Source: a virus (taxonomy: Duplodnaviria; Heunggongvirae; Uroviricota; Caudoviricetes). Taken from it: DNA of 64,000 nt. Location: positions 68,857-132,856 of the IMG/VR virus record IMGVR_UViG_3300021254_000022; one strand, given 5' to 3'. The position numbers and the translations under genes are program-made. A model generated the notes under the pieces. That model made no database searches. It saw only the letters and a list, made by a program, of their open reading frames with translations, and was not told the DNA's origin. How positions within the stretch are numbered: the first letter of the stretch is position 1; each line of letters opens with the position of its first letter. Of this stretch, positions 10,401-24,500 are shown one piece after another.

Positions 10401-13400
10401 ACAAGTTGTTGAAGAAGCATTTGGTGCAATTCTTAACTAACCAGTGTAAGAACTTAAAGCCATTCTTACTGTTGGTTCTGTTGTATTTGCACTTGCCGCG
10501 GCCTCTGTCGCAGCTTCCCAGACCCAACCATATCCAGATGCATTTTGGATAATATTTCTATATGCCCAAGAAGTTACATTGCCTAAAGAACCTGGTTTTC
10601 CTCCAGTTGGGCAAGAACCATTTGAAGCATCTGACATATATGTATGCCATGTCCGATAAGAAGGACTATAATAACTAATTCTACCAAAAGAAGCATTTGC
10701 ACTTCTATTTAAATCTAATCTACCTCTTATAGAAACATTTCTGCTTCCAACAGTAGAACTATCATTTATATGAAGAACATCGTTAGCACCAAATTTAGCA
10801 ATATCAGAATTAGTACCATAAATATATAATCCATATTTATTAGTATTTAAATAAATTTTTTCTGCCCAATCTGAATCACTTTGATTTTCTATATATAGAA
10901 CAGCATCTCTAGAATTGTCACTTGAATTATTAACCATAACAATACTATTAGGAGTATACCATCCATCTTGATAACTACTATTATTTCCCCAAGATACTGT
11001 AGGAACTTTAGTATAATTTGCATCTATGGTGACATCAGAAATAGCTTCAACTTTTGTATTTAAAACATCATAACTTGCCGCAGTATCTAATCCATGTAGA
11101 TGTTCTACCCAAATAGATGAATAATTATTGCTAGTAGGATTTATATAAATAATAAAAGGTTCTGCTAATTTATAATAAATATTAACCTTTTCAATATCTG
11201 GGCCGACCATTGTAGCATAACTCTTATCTAAAGACCAAGCACTACCATTCCAATAAACATAATGTTTAAGTTCAATTTGCCCACGAGGATTAGCACTATA
11301 ATCTCCGCCGACTATAATAGTCATTGAGTGCATATACCAACGAGCTGAACCTTCAGGATTTAATGTTGCTGCTGCAGTTCCATGTTCTGGTAAAACAATT
11401 CTATACCATTTACTACGTTGAGCACTTCCTACATAAAGAGCTTGAGAACTCTATGTACGAATACCACCACTAAGATATAAATTTTTCCAACGATGATCTG
11501 AAAGACCTAAATTACCACTATTATCTACTCTTGGATAAATACTTGTTGTATTTGGATTTACATAGATATTTTTAGTTCCATTATATGCAAATGCAGTAAG
11601 AGCATTGGCATCATCTCGCATATTAAATACAAGATTACCTTGATCTGCTGCATCTAATTGATAATAAATATCTGCCGCATCAGTACCACCTGCCCAAGTG
11701 ATTTTTCCAGTTGGATCACTTGCCGCATTAGTAGCAATACTTCCCATATCAAGAGCATTAAAATATCCAGTTTTCCATCTCTATCCAGTAGTACCTAAAT
11801 CTAATAAAACATTTGTTTCAGGTCTTAGAGTTGCGCTATTTAATCTTAGATAACATTTTTTACCATCTGCCGCTGGATAAAATACTATATCACTATCTGC
11901 ACAAAGATATAAATTTTCATCACCTGAAGCTTTATTCACTTCTGTTCTAATAGTATTAGCGCTTTCACCACCGCCAATAAACATACTACCAGTAGACCAG
12001 ATAGCTAAAGCTTGATTATAACTAGTTGCAGTTGGAGTCTAAAATGCTCTAATATAACTACCACCTTGAGTATTAGACTATTCTGTAGCTTTAACTCTAA
12101 GAACAATAGAAGCCGCTCCAGCATCAGTATTTATATTTGCTGTAGTTGTATCTCTATCTATATAAAGAATACCATTTAAAACCTCAGCATTTCCACTAAC
12201 ACTTAAATTAAAATCAGTTCCACAAGCATGATTTATATATAATCTATTATGAACACTAAAACCATTTGTGCCACCATTAATGCCTGGAGCAGTAGTTCCA
12301 TTTGATCCATTTCTACGAATATAAAAATCACTATTTGCAGTTCCATAACTTCCAATAAGCCAAACATCTGTACCGGTTCCTGATTTAGTATCTTTTGTTC
12401 CACCTAAAGCAATAGTAGCCCAATTATTAGAAGCTCTGTTAATTCTTAAACCTTCATTATAACTATTTGTACTGCCAGAATACTAAGGATCAATAACTAT
12501 TTTGCCATGGATTAAAGTTTCATTTGGCGCTTCAGCAGAATTACTTCCTAATTGAGTTCTACCTGCTACATATAGAGCATTTACAGTAGTACTTGTAACT
12601 CCAGATAAAACTATTTCAGTAGGTTTATTTATAGTAAATTTAGAACCATTCCAAGTAATTTTTCCAGTTGTTGCATCAGTGGTATCAATAGTTGTACCTT
12701 TGCTTGCAACATATTGTAAAAATGCAAGACCAGTATTTCCATTTATACCTTTAAGACCTATATGGCCGGCAAGATTTACATCACCTAATGTAGCATCATC
12801 GCCAATAGCATTAAGAGTAGCATTAGCAAAATAAACTCTATTATTAAATTTAGTAACTCCGGCAAATAAAGCTTGAGGAATTGCATTATCATAAGTCGCA
12901 TTAGCAACAGAAGACATATCTTCACTATTTACACGAAGATATTGTGTAGAAAACATTCCATTACTGACATCAAAACGCCACTAATGATCAACTCCATTTG
13001 CCGTTCTTGTAGTTGCTGATCCAACAATATAAAAACTATTATTTAAAACGCCTAAACTAAACCATCTACCAGATCCAGAATTTTCTTGACGCATCCATGG
13101 CCAATAAGATCCAGTATCAGTTGCTTTACTAACTGCAAAAGCAACTCTGTTTTCAGTATTTTGTCCTTGTAACCAACTTCCTGCAAGAGAAGTACCATAT
13201 AAAGTTGCCCCATAGACACCTTTCCAACGGTAAGTTGCAGTACCCATATTAGCAGCTTGATCTACTTCTGGAGTAACATTGTCACCATCATCAATAGTTA
13301 CACCACTACTTTGTAAAGATAATGGTTTTTCGCTTTGGACATCCCATCTAACAATACGATTATCTTTTGCTGTATTAGCTGAAATTGTATCTTCACTAAT

Positions 13401-16400
13401 ACGAGCAGGAGCCATAGCATTTATAGTCTATTGAACAATTTCATTAGTTCCATCTGGTTCTGCTGTTACTTCTTCAATAGTAAATAAATCTCCTGGAACT
13501 GTTGCTTGATGATAACCATTTGTTACATCTATAATATCTAATCCAGTATAATTATCAGCTGGAATCATTACCCATAATTTTTTATAACTACCATTTTGTA
13601 ATGGAGTTTTATTTTCTGAATCATAACCAAATTTTACAGATAAAGAATTTATTCCACTAGCATTTAATAAACTTGCTTTAGGAGAATACCAATTATTAGA
13701 ACCATAATTATATCCACTAATTACTAAATCAAAATAATTATAAGATTGATATACTCTTATTGTAAAAGTAAGCATCCAAGCATACTACCATTTTATTCCA
13801 ATTTTATAATATTTTTTGTCTCCCTTTGATGCAGTAGTTCCATAATGAGCATTAGAGATTAATCCTTGAATCCATCCTCCAATATGAACTTTTCCGCCAT
13901 CGTCTTGAAGTTTCAAAGTTCCCATTGTAGAAGCATTTGTTTTTGATGCAATTTCATCTGTATCAAAACTTAAATGTTGTGCTGTAGTCTAACCAATATA
14001 TAAATTACCACCATTAGCATTTGAACTTGAAATATCAGAACCGTCACCAGTAATATATAACTTTTGTGGAATAGTTGTATATCCTGTGCTTGGAGCCATT
14101 AAAATTAATTCTCTATAACTTAATCCAGAATTTGCTCCTGCGTTATTATGGAATGGAAGTTTATATCCTCCACTTGTATATTGACGAACATAAATTCCTT
14201 CATTTCCATCATCACCAACAGCTAATTCTAAAGCTCCTACATTTGATGCTGTTTGATAACCACGAACTGTCCAACCGTCAGTACCGCCATTAACACCACC
14301 AATACCACGAGCAACCCCATTACCATCTCCAGTATTACTAAAAATTAAATAACCATCAATAGCGCTAGAATAAGTTGTATTACTTGCATTAGGATTATTA
14401 ATAACAGTACCATGAGAATCAAGAACTGTATATTCATTAGTCCCAACTAAATGCTTTAATCCATTAGTTCCTGGTGTTTGTATAACTACAGTATCATTAG
14501 AATCATTACCTACACCAATAACTAATTTATTAGCTTCGCCTGAAGTATTTTCAGTAGGCGCTGTACCTTCTGCTTTATAAGCAGAAATTCCAAGAGGATG
14601 AAACTAAATAAAAGCACGATCACTTGTTCTATTGATTGAAGTCGTAGATGTTTTGTCTGAACAGAATAATAATCCACTCATTCCAGTAGTAGCATCACCA
14701 TGCATTATAATTGAATTATATGCTGCATTATATCCTCCACCACTATAAGCATAAGATGTTCCATTTATTATTCCATCAAGTTCTAAGCCACCTTTAAGAG
14801 TTAGCTCTCCTCCTAAACTCATTCCTTTAGAAGCTGTAACATAACCTTCATAATCAATAGAAAATACATTTGTTGTATTATATCTCCAAATCCAACCTTT
14901 TGAGGTTATTGCTGGAGTTGTAGTTGTTGTTATATGACTGTATAAAGCATGATCTGATGTAACCTTACCATGAGTTCCAAAAGCAGAAGTCTAAGCAAAG
15001 AAAAATCCTTGATTAGGTGCCCCTGATGTTGGTGCTCCGCCATATAAAGAAATACCTGCGCCGGTATTTGTTGTTGTATTAGCGATACCAAAACTACTAC
15101 CTTCACCGCCGACTGTTACATCAAATTTATCTTGACCAATTCGTAAAGTGTTTGTCCAAGTTGATGCAGATGTACCAGATGTTGTAGATTGAATTACATA
15201 ATAATTAGTATTGCCACTTCCAGAACCTAAAACACCTGCACGCCAGCTAGCCCCAGTATTTGCATAATTATATAAATAATGTACAAATTTATCAGTATCG
15301 CCCATAATAATATTCAAATCATTTGTAAGGTATAATTTACCAGTATTTGAACTTAAAGCCATTAATGGAGTTGCAGCACTTGTTGTATCTGTTTTTTTAG
15401 CTGAACCGGCTTTAGCTTCCCAAATCCAACCATATCCATTAGTATTTTCGATCATTGATCGAATTGCCCAAGAGGTAACAGATGCTAAGGTAGAAGGTTT
15501 CCCTCCATCTGGAGCCTGTCCATTTCCGGCATCTTGCATATAAGTATACCAATTATAAAAAGTTTTATCATACCAACTAATTACTCCACCAGTTGCTACT
15601 GATTTCCTTTGTAGATTTAATATACTTGTATAAAGTTCTTTATAAATAAAAGATTGAGAACCAATATTGTGACTTAAATTAGCATCTGGCGCCAATCCTT
15701 CAGTTGTTGTTTGTCCATTTAAATAAGAAGTTCCTGTTACTTGAAAATTATAACTTGGATTTGATCCATTTGCAATTAAAGTATTAACATATAAACTTTT
15801 TTGTTTTACATGAATTGAAGGTGTTACAGATTGCCAAGTACTAGATCCCCAACTTGCAGGGTCTGAGTTAGTAGCAATCATAAAACTATCAACATTATTT
15901 TTAAATACTAATGCTAAATTTTCATTTCCTGCAGTTCCATATACTAATCCTGTAGTATAATTGGTATTATCTTCTCTAAAGCTAATACCCATTTTATTAT
16001 AAGGAACTACAATTCTATCTTTAAAAGTTTTAATTCCTGCAAAAGTTTGTGCTACTGCAGTCATTAAACCTGATACTTGATCTGTTGCTATTGGAAGTGC
16101 TGTTTGTCCAGCTCTATTATTTCCATCAGTGTAATCAAAAGTTCCTGTACTTGAAGTTACATTAAATGCTGGAGTTCCATATTTTATATATGTAGCAGTA
16201 ATTTCTTGATCTAATCCATCTTTTATTGCAGAAGTTACTGTACCAGTGATATTTTCTACTGTTAAAGTTTTTGTTGATGGATCATATGTAAAATTATTAT
16301 TAACAACAGGTTTTCCATTAGCCCCTAAATATGAAAACCAAACAGGTCTTGCTCCTGCACTAGATCCAGTTTCAATACCAGTATAATTAAAGCCAGAAGA

Positions 16401-18035
16401 TTTAGAAACTGTTAAATTTCCTTTCATTTCTAAACTACCATTGGCATCAATTACTTTTGGACCAGTAATAGTTTGTATCGTTGTATTAGCAGTAATAACT
16501 CCTGCTGTTGTAGTAGATGCGGCCGGAATATCTCGACTTCTTAAAACATGACCTTGACCATCTTTTAAAGAAATAACTACTTTATCTTTATTATTATTAG
16601 AAATTGTAAAATCTGCTAAATATGTTGAAATAATTTCTTGATTTAAAGAATCATATATTGCAATATCTGCATTAACTGCATGAGTAGCTTCACTAGCTGT
16701 ACCTTCTAAATCTCCAACAAATTTTGTAGCATGTAATTCTCCAGTACTTGGTTTTACATAAAAATTATTAGAAACATAAGTTACATCTCTTACAGTAGAA
16801 GTTAATGCTACTGAAGTTGAATGTGTTGCACCTAAAACTAAAGGCCTAAAATCAGATGTTGTAGTAACAGATTGTTCAACCTTTTTATCTGGAATTGTAA
16901 TATCAGTTACTTTAGCCCCATTACCATTTTTAAGAGTTAAAGTTTCTCCACTTATAGATCCAGTAGCAACATAAGTAGTTAAATCTTTATTATTATTATC
17001 ATAAAGTGCTACTAAAGCAGTATTTACTACTTCACCGAATCCTCCACTTGAATACATATAAACAGGATGATTTGGCATTAAATACATTCCTGTTGTTGAA
17101 TATGCCATACCTAATAAGACATAATGCGGATTTGAAGTTTCTGCCGCCGTAGGTATAGTTTGTGTTAATGGAGTTGTTGATGCTGGAGTGAAACTACCTC
17201 CTGATAAAGTTCCTTTAATAAATACAGGTTCATATGGAGTTAATGTAATATTTTGAGTTGTCGTAACTGTAAAAGCTATAAAAGTATAAGCATTATTATT
17301 AGTTCCATCTGCTGCAATAGCGCTTCCTGCATATAAAATAGGATAACGTAAATTAAATTGAGCACCTTTTTTCAAGTGAAAATAGCCTGATCCATTATTA
17401 ACTATAATGTTTCCTGCTACAATAGCTTCATTTGCAGCTTTAATATTAGCTTGAAATCTTAGTTGTTGAAAACTATTTGTATCATAATCTCCTAAGACCC
17501 ACCAACCTTCATAATTAGTGCCGCCAATATTAGCACTTGATCTATAAACCATTCTTAAAACATTATTTACTCCATAATGAGTAGTAAGTTTTGTATTACC
17601 ATAACGATAAATAATTTTGGCTCCAGAAGCCTAACCAGAATCAAGTGTTAAATTTAATGTTGTTGTGCTTGCGCCCGCGCGAGGAATCCAATAATCAATC
17701 ACTAAACCATCATATAGAGAAGTAATGCCAGTACCTGTTAAACTACCATTCCAATTACCATCAGTAGTAGCAGTTCCTACTATAAAAGTTTGTGATTTTA
17801 ATGTCAAGATAGCATCTGAGCTAGTATTTAAACTTACATTTCCTTGCTACTCGCCATTAACTGTTATACTATTGGCTTTTCCGCCCATTTGAACACGAGT
17901 GGAATTATCTTTATCAAAATAAATTACTCCGTGGTTATCTTCACCAATGGCAAATAACACTTGACCGGCTTCTTTTGCCTTGGCGTCAAGGTTAGACATC
18001 TAACCAGTCGTAAATTTAACTTTTTCATTAGCCAT
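7437..18035 (-). CDS. Giant modular tail fibre / receptor-binding protein (3532 aa under code 15)
   Basis: Ten track ORFs (7437, 9018, 10437, 11451, 11781, 12483, 12981, 13428, 14604, 14991) share one frame; the first ends in TAA and the other nine end at TAG. ATG at 18035 has an AGGAGG RBS. Rich in T/S/G/N with repeated fibre motifs (P...LG....RW..xY) and internal duplicated modules. Confidence 0.85.
8604..9509. repeat. 57-bp direct repeat pair (8604-8660 and 9453-9509; one mismatch), 849 bp apart and in frame
   Basis: Both copies encode TYLAAWNGYELRAIHK(N/D)QL and are identical at synonymous sites. Confidence 0.9.
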
Positions 18036-18120
18036 TTATCGAAGCTACCTCCTTTTTCGCTTTTCTATCTATAAGATATAAAATTTCAGTATTAAATACT
18101 TTTGGCTTTTGGCCAGAAAA

Positions 18121-18156
18121 CAAAAATAAGGGGAGAGACATAATGTCTCTCCCCTT
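18121..18156 (-). terminator. Terminator upstream of the tail fibre gene
   Basis: 14-bp stem aaggggagagacat / atgtctctcccctt followed by a T-tract on the minus strand. Confidence 0.75.
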
Positions 18157-18166
18157 CTTATATATA

Positions 18167-18892
18167 TTATAGTAAAATCCAATAAAGATCATTATTTGCC
18201 GCTTGCTGTGCATAATGAACCATCTATTCTAAGAAACTAGCTGTATAATCAGTAGCATCTTGATTTAAAACAGTTTTTTCATAATACTCTAAGTTTTGAT
18301 CAAAATCATTAACTGCAAGCGTATAAACACCTTGATTATTTATATAATAATATTTATTCTTTTTATAACTATATGAATTTAAATTTACTTTTTTATAAAC
18401 TTCATCATATTTAAATTCGATTCCATGTTTAACTTTACCTTCAGCCGGCAAAGTATTTAAATTATAAAGAAGATAAGTCCCCGTACTATCAACTTCAAAA
18501 AATCTAACAGAAAATTGAACTGTACCTGCTTTTTTTGTAGCTTCTCCATCTATTAACCAAGGAAATAGCATCATATCATCTTCATGATATGTATCTACGT
18601 CATAATAAGGTACTGGATAAATACGTCCATCTCCATTTGCATTTATATACTGTATTACACAAGCTAATTGAGATAAATCAATATTATCATAGTATCTTGC
18701 GACTTTAAAATAAACTGTCTCAGAACGATGATCTGTTTCAATACTTAGAAACTCGGGCGCAGTAATCGTCCGAGAATCTAAGTCAATTTCATACATAGGC
18801 TCTTTGCCTGGAACTAAGACGGCTAAGCTTGGGGCATTATTTTCTTGAATTTTATACAATAAACCATAATATTCTAAAGAATCTACTGTCAT
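18167..18892 (-). CDS. BppU-like baseplate/adaptor protein (241 aa, TAG=Gln at codon 223)
   Basis: IDLDSRTI...DHRSETVYFKVARYYDNIDL...WLI...ATKKAGTVQFSVRF resembles the BppU N-terminal domain. Readthrough of the TAG at 18224 gives TAA at 18167-18169. Confidence 0.7.
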
Positions 18893-18928
18893 AAAGCTTA
18901 AACCTCCTTTTTATTATCTCAACTAAAA

Positions 18929-21199
18929 TTAAGCATTGTTGATAGTAAAGAATGGAGAATAAGATACTGCAGTAGTTCCATTATAATGGTGAGTTACTTC
19001 TAGATAATAATATCCTGCATCACTTGGTCTATAAGTTATAGAATTAGCTCCTTCAATAAGGATATCTCCTCTAACATTTTCTGGATGAGCAGGATCACGA
19101 TATACATGATCATTTAATCCATAAGCTTGATCATATGCTGCCTGAAGATCTGTAGCAAGATCACTTCCATCTTCTTGAGCATATTGATACCATTGATATG
19201 TAATTGGAGTTTCATCTGCAAACCAATTTTCTTGCATAGCTTGGCTACTACCAGCAGTATTATTTGTTGGATAAGATACTGCAAAAGTAATACCTTGTGC
19301 TGCAGCATCGCTCTTTCTCATATCTTGAATAGCATTATCAACAAAACGAACAATCAATGGAACAGCCGGATGAGAAACTCTAATAGTAGTTTCCATACGA
19401 GTTTCTTTAGTATCTGCTGTTGTTATAGTAGGATCATTTACTTTATTCAAATGATTAGTAACTTTACAATAATATTTACCATCACCAACAGCTCCACCAG
19501 CATCAGTTTCAGTATCGGCACCAGTAATAATTAAAGTATCTGTTTGAGCACCTTCATATAGTCCTTCAGTATCTTCTAAAGCAGTTGCAGTTTCATCATG
19601 ACGACCAGGTGCTACTCTGAACCATTGATATGTTAAATCTCCTTCATCTGGAGTGCTTGCAATGATTTGAAGAGTTGCTTTATAATCATCTACATTAGGA
19701 TCCAAAATAACATTAGTTTCATCGTTATTTTCATTTGTAATAACTGGTGTAGCAGGTTTATAAATAAACATTTTAGTAGATTCTGCTGTGGCAGTACTAC
19801 GTCCTACACGATTAGTAACAATAACTTCATATTGTCCTTCAGAATCAATATCTGCTTCAGAAACTTGCTCATAGAACTGAATCCAACCATTATCTGGTTC
19901 CTCTGGCAGAGGCTTAGTTAATGCAAGTTTTTCTTCAAGATCTTCTTCAATGTAGGCTGTATAAGCTTCAATTCCTTCATCTTCTTTAATATAATAAGCT
20001 TTAGTGTTATTATATTCTACAGGTGTTTCAATTGGTCTATATACAATTCTGAAATCAATATCAGAAAGTCTATTTGTTACAAGATCATATTTCTTCCAAA
20101 CATAAGTAATTCTTCCACCTTGATCTGGTGTAACTGCTTGGATATAAGCTTTAGTAGCTTTAGATTTAAATCCATTATCGTTATTATTAACAGCCAATGT
20201 CATAACTTCAGGAAGATCAAGAAGAATATTAGGAACATTAGCTTGATTATTAGGATCATTATACTGAGTATCTTTCCAACGACTATTAATTAGATTTGTA
20301 TTATCAGTAATATTGGTATTCCATCTGCCTTCACTGATATACTTACTTAAATCAAAATCAAGTGAATTCTTAATAACAACTTCAACAGGTTGAGTTGCGA
20401 AAGAATAACTTAATGTATCACTTGTGCGATCCCATTTAATAAAACGAACTGAAAGTTCTACAGTACCAGCTTTCTCTGTTACTCCAGAAGAAATAGGCCA
20501 ACCAACTACTACATATCCTGGATACATGTCATAATCAACTGTCCAAGGTACTGAAATGCCTTCTTTATTTTTTCCTTCTTCATCTTTTGCTGCAGATTTC
20601 CACTGGATAATAGGTTTAATATCCGGATCTGCAAAATCTTGTGCATCATAAAATCTATTAATTTTGAAATATACGATTTCTGCGATTTCGTCACCTTGCA
20701 CTGATACTCCATATTTAGCAAAAGTATCTGCCGGAACTGTTACTACACGAGAATCTGCATTAATTTCAAAAAGATCTTCGTCTAATGGTAAGAAACTAAA
20801 CTTAGTAACTGATCTGCCCGCAGACTCTTCGCGATATTCATACTTAGTCAAATAAGTAATATAACTAAAATATTCAGATAAAGAAGTAATACCAAAATCA
20901 TAATAAGGTTTATGACTTTCGATAATTGCTAAATGCTCTTCTGTGCCGTCTGCAGGAGTAGTATCTTTAATATATTCATATTCAGTTCCTGCATCATTTA
21001 AAACATGTTTAAAATAATAAGTATTTGGTGCATAACTAAAGTTATCAAGACTACTTACTTCAACAGCTTTTAAAAGAGCGTTTTGACTACCAATAGGTAC
21101 TTCTTCTAAAGCTTCATTGTGTGTTGCTAAAAATGTTGAAGCCTTTTCAAATAACTCTAAATATTTAGATCTATTTTCAGAGGTAATTTTTGTAATCAT
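18929..21199 (-). CDS. Baseplate/tail protein with a BppU-like domain and about three Ig-like repeats (756 aa)
   Basis: Paralogous BppU-like segment (INADSRVV...DEIAEIVYFKINRFYD...KAGTVELSVRF) plus Ig motifs ITYVW/LTYQW/ITYQW and YEVIVTN/YYCKVTN/YYLEVTH. No TAG. Confidence 0.7.
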   Translation of the reverse strand: MITKITSENRSKYLELFEKASTFLATHNEALEEVPIGSQNALLKAVEVSSLDNFSYAPNTYYFKHVLNDAGTEYEYIKDTTPADGTEEHLAIIESHKPYYDFGITSLSEYFSYITYLTKYEYREESAGRSVTKFSFLPLDEDLFEINADSRVVTVPADTFAKYGVSVQGDEIAEIVYFKINRFYDAQDFADPDIKPIIQWKSAAKDEEGKNKEGISVPWTVDYDMYPGYVVVGWPISSGVTEKAGTVELSVRFIKWDRTSDTLSYSFATQPVEVVIKNSLDFDLSKYISEGRWNTNITDNTNLINSRWKDTQYNDPNNQANVPNILLDLPEVMTLAVNNNDNGFKSKATKAYIQAVTPDQGGRITYVWKKYDLVTNRLSDIDFRIVYRPIETPVEYNNTKAYYIKEDEGIEAYTAYIEEDLEEKLALTKPLPEEPDNGWIQFYEQVSEADIDSEGQYEVIVTNRVGRSTATAESTKMFIYKPATPVITNENNDETNVILDPNVDDYKATLQIIASTPDEGDLTYQWFRVAPGRHDETATALEDTEGLYEGAQTDTLIITGADTETDAGGAVGDGKYYCKVTNHLNKVNDPTITTADTKETRMETTIRVSHPAVPLIVRFVDNAIQDMRKSDAAAQGITFAVSYPTNNTAGSSQAMQENWFADETPITYQWYQYAQEDGSDLATDLQAAYDQAYGLNDHVYRDPAHPENVRGDILIEGANSITYRPSDAGYYYLEVTHHYNGTTAVSYSPFFTINNA

Positions 21200-21233
21200 T
21201 TAATCGCCCAATCCTTTCTTAATTTTTAAAAGC

Positions 21234-21261
21234 GAAGGCTAGAATTAAAATTCTAGCCTTC
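21234..21261. terminator. Stem-loop between the 21313 gene and the RBS of the 21199 gene
   Basis: 13-bp perfect stem gaaggctagaatt / aattctagccttc. Could be a terminator or a 5' stabilising hairpin. Confidence 0.55.
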
Positions 21262-21312
21262 ATTCATATATTCTTACAGAAAAGAAGTTATTTTATAACT
21301 GGTTTTGGCCAA

Positions 21313-21513
21313 TTACTCTTTTACTTCTTTCCAATTTTCTAATTCTTCTTCTGGAACAGTTACACATCTAGTTCTTCTATATCCATCCGTTAAGATTTTA
21401 CCCTTGTCTGCTTCTAGGGTATATCTATTTGTATAATAAATATCTTCAAGATGAACAGGACTTAAGATGGTTCCATTAGTTCCCATATAAAAATATAGAG
21501 TTGTTTTTTTCAT
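21313..21513 (-). CDS. Small hypothetical tail-associated protein (66 aa)
   Basis: AGGAG RBS, TAA stop, directly downstream of the giant 2412-aa gene. Confidence 0.7.
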   Translation of the reverse strand: MKKTTLYFYMGTNGTILSPVHLEDIYYTNRYTLEADKGKILTDGYRRTRCVTVPEEELENWKEVKE

Positions 21514-21532
21514 CTTTTATACTCCTTTCAGC

Positions 21533-24500
21533 TTACACAGGGATAATAGAAATCTGAGGTGCCGGTGTTTGATCTGTAAACCAGCTATTGATTTGATCTT
21601 CTGTTATTCCAGAACCATAGAAATCAACATACTCATATTTACCCCAGTCATTAGCTACGAATGCATAATATCCAACATTAGCATTAGTTAAACTTGAAGC
21701 CTGAGTTGAATTACCAAATCTAATTCTTACAATATGGTAAGTATTCTTTAAAGATAACCAAGAGAAAGCTCTTTGTCCAATAAAGTTAACTGATGCAGGA
21801 ATTTCAAATAAATCAATATTTGCATCTGCGTCAAGACCACCACCATATGCTTGCTCACCAATATAACGAAGCTCTTGTGCTCTTGATAATTCAGGAACCG
21901 CTAAAGCAGCATCCTGATTAAATGCCGTTTTGCCGATATATCTTAGACTTGCTGGAATTTGAACATATTTCAAGTTCGGGCAAGATTGGAAGCAAGACTC
22001 ATCGTATACCCACATATTTTCACCCATGATGAATACTGCAGTTAAACCATTTTGACTTTGGAAACCACGTTTTTCTACTCCAAATACTGGTAAACTATTA
22101 TGAGTTGCAGGAATTGTAATTTTACCTTGGTAAGCCATTCCATTTACTCCGCTTACAATATATCCATGAACTGATACTCCGCCCATTTGTTGAGCATAAT
22201 CGCTATCTGCCTCTCTAAAGTATAAATATTCATCAGGAGTTGGATTTTGGGTAGCATCTTCAACAATATAGCAAGCATAGAATGTTCTATCATTATTTTG
22301 AGAAATAATGTTTTCGATATTTACTAATTTTGCTTTTCTTGCTTCAGATGGATTCCAATCTTCTTTATTTAATACCCATCCTAAGAATTTATATCTTTGA
22401 GTTAATTGTAAATTAGATTCATTTGTTGCTGGTAAAATGTTCGGTGTAGATAAATATTCACCATAATTTACCCAAGTTTCATAAATTACAGAATCATCTG
22501 GATTTAAGAAACTAACTTTATATGCTTTAATAGAGAAAACTCCATAGAACACAAAAGTATCATTTCCTTCATCATCAAATGTTAAATCTCTAAACTGATC
22601 AGCAGTTGTTAAAATCATTCCAGAATTAATTAATTCTGAAGCTTGTGAATCACTTACAATACAATAATCCGGATTTAATGTCCAACCTCTAAAATCATAA
22701 TTTAATTTTGCAGGATTTTGTCTTTCTGGCAAAATCTCAGGATGAACATTACTGTCTTTATTATATCTAAATATTGCAATTTCATTATCTTTGCCGCTGT
22801 CTAGTCTTTGTACAAATTTCGCAATATATGCTTCATCAACATATTCTGCACAAATCTTAAGATCTGGCCATAATGTTTTATAAACATTATTTATTGCAGC
22901 TTCATTAATCTTAGTTTCTGGAGTATTATATACATAAATTTCACCTGTAATAGCAGGAACTGTTTTTGAATTATTTCCAGAAGTATTAATAAAGTGTTGT
23001 TCTGCAGCATTTGTTGAATTTGCGTAATCTGCTCTAAATACATCGAGTAATTGTAAATTTGTTACAGTTTCTTTAGCTGCATTTTCATCAAAAGTAAAGA
23101 TTTTTTCATTTAATGTTAAGTTATCCCATTCATCAATATCTGTTCCATAATATTTTACATAAGTACTATGATCTGTCAATCTATAATATGTAACTCTTCC
23201 ATCTTGAACTTCTCCATAAGGAACTACTGTATATGGAGTCCATTTTACATCATTGAAATTAACTTTTAATAAGTTATTTGATGTAGCTCCTAATTTCAAA
23301 TTAACAAGATTCTGTAATAATGTATAAGATTGATATCCTAATTTACCACCCTAAATTGTTACACTAGTCATAGCATGACCTGCACCATAATTATCTTCAT
23401 TTACATCTGTAACGCCTTCAATATATAATCCTCGATATGTTGCTGGATCATTTTTAACAAAATTCAACTTTTGAGTTGGATCAGTTAATCCTGCATCAGG
23501 ATTATTAACATTTCCTTCTAGATGACCAATTACTGGTCTTGAAGTTAAAAGTTTATTAAGGTCAGTAGCTTCAATCAAAGCTAATGAAGTTACAGTATTT
23601 GGAAGATGAACTGTATGAAGTGGTGCGCCTTTAGCAAAAGATACAGAAGTAAGTGGAGTATTTAACGCTCTAAACTCTTCTAATTTTGAAGAAGCTGAAA
23701 AATCTAAGTTAGCTCTAAATTCTGTTAAATTACAGAAGTTTGCTGATTTTAATAAAGGTTTATGATTTCCAGTTTCAATATCTGCTAAACTATCATTTAA
23801 GTCAAATTTACTTGGAGTTAATAAACTATTATAATAACCATCTACATCACTACCAAGATTTAAATCCAATAAACGTAAACCTTGTTTTAAATGGAATTCA
23901 CTTAAATAGGATACACTCATATCTCCTAAAGAACTTAAATAATTCATTCCAGGAATGTAATTTAATTGTTCATTAGGTGATTCTTTAGCATCTTTATATG
24001 TTGCTTCACCAATTGCAGGAGTCCATACTCCTTTTTGCTCTTCAGCAGTATCATTATACTTTGTATTAGGTCCTACAATTTCATCAGTTAAATAAAATAC
24101 ATATTGTTTTAAGAATGGTTTCATTTTAAAACCAGGTCTAGAATCAAAGTATTCTACTGGATAAGTTCCACGTTTAGTTGTAGGTGGATAATTTCCACTT
24201 GCAATATTTGCTTCCAAAGTAGCTTGAGGAACATCCATATATTTATCAGATGTTTGAGACAATCTATTACCATTAACACGCATCCATGTAGAAGCGCCTT
24301 TTACTTGCTCAACCTGATAATCTCCACCTTGCCACCAAGAATCAATATAATTCAAACGGTTTCTTAATAACAATTCAGTATTAAGAATTTTATCACCTTG
24401 ACAGCAATATGCATAAGAAGGAGCACCTTCTTTAATTAATTCTCCTGCAGTATTAAAATATCCTACTCCAGAAGCTGCTGTAGTAGCAAAATATTTATAA

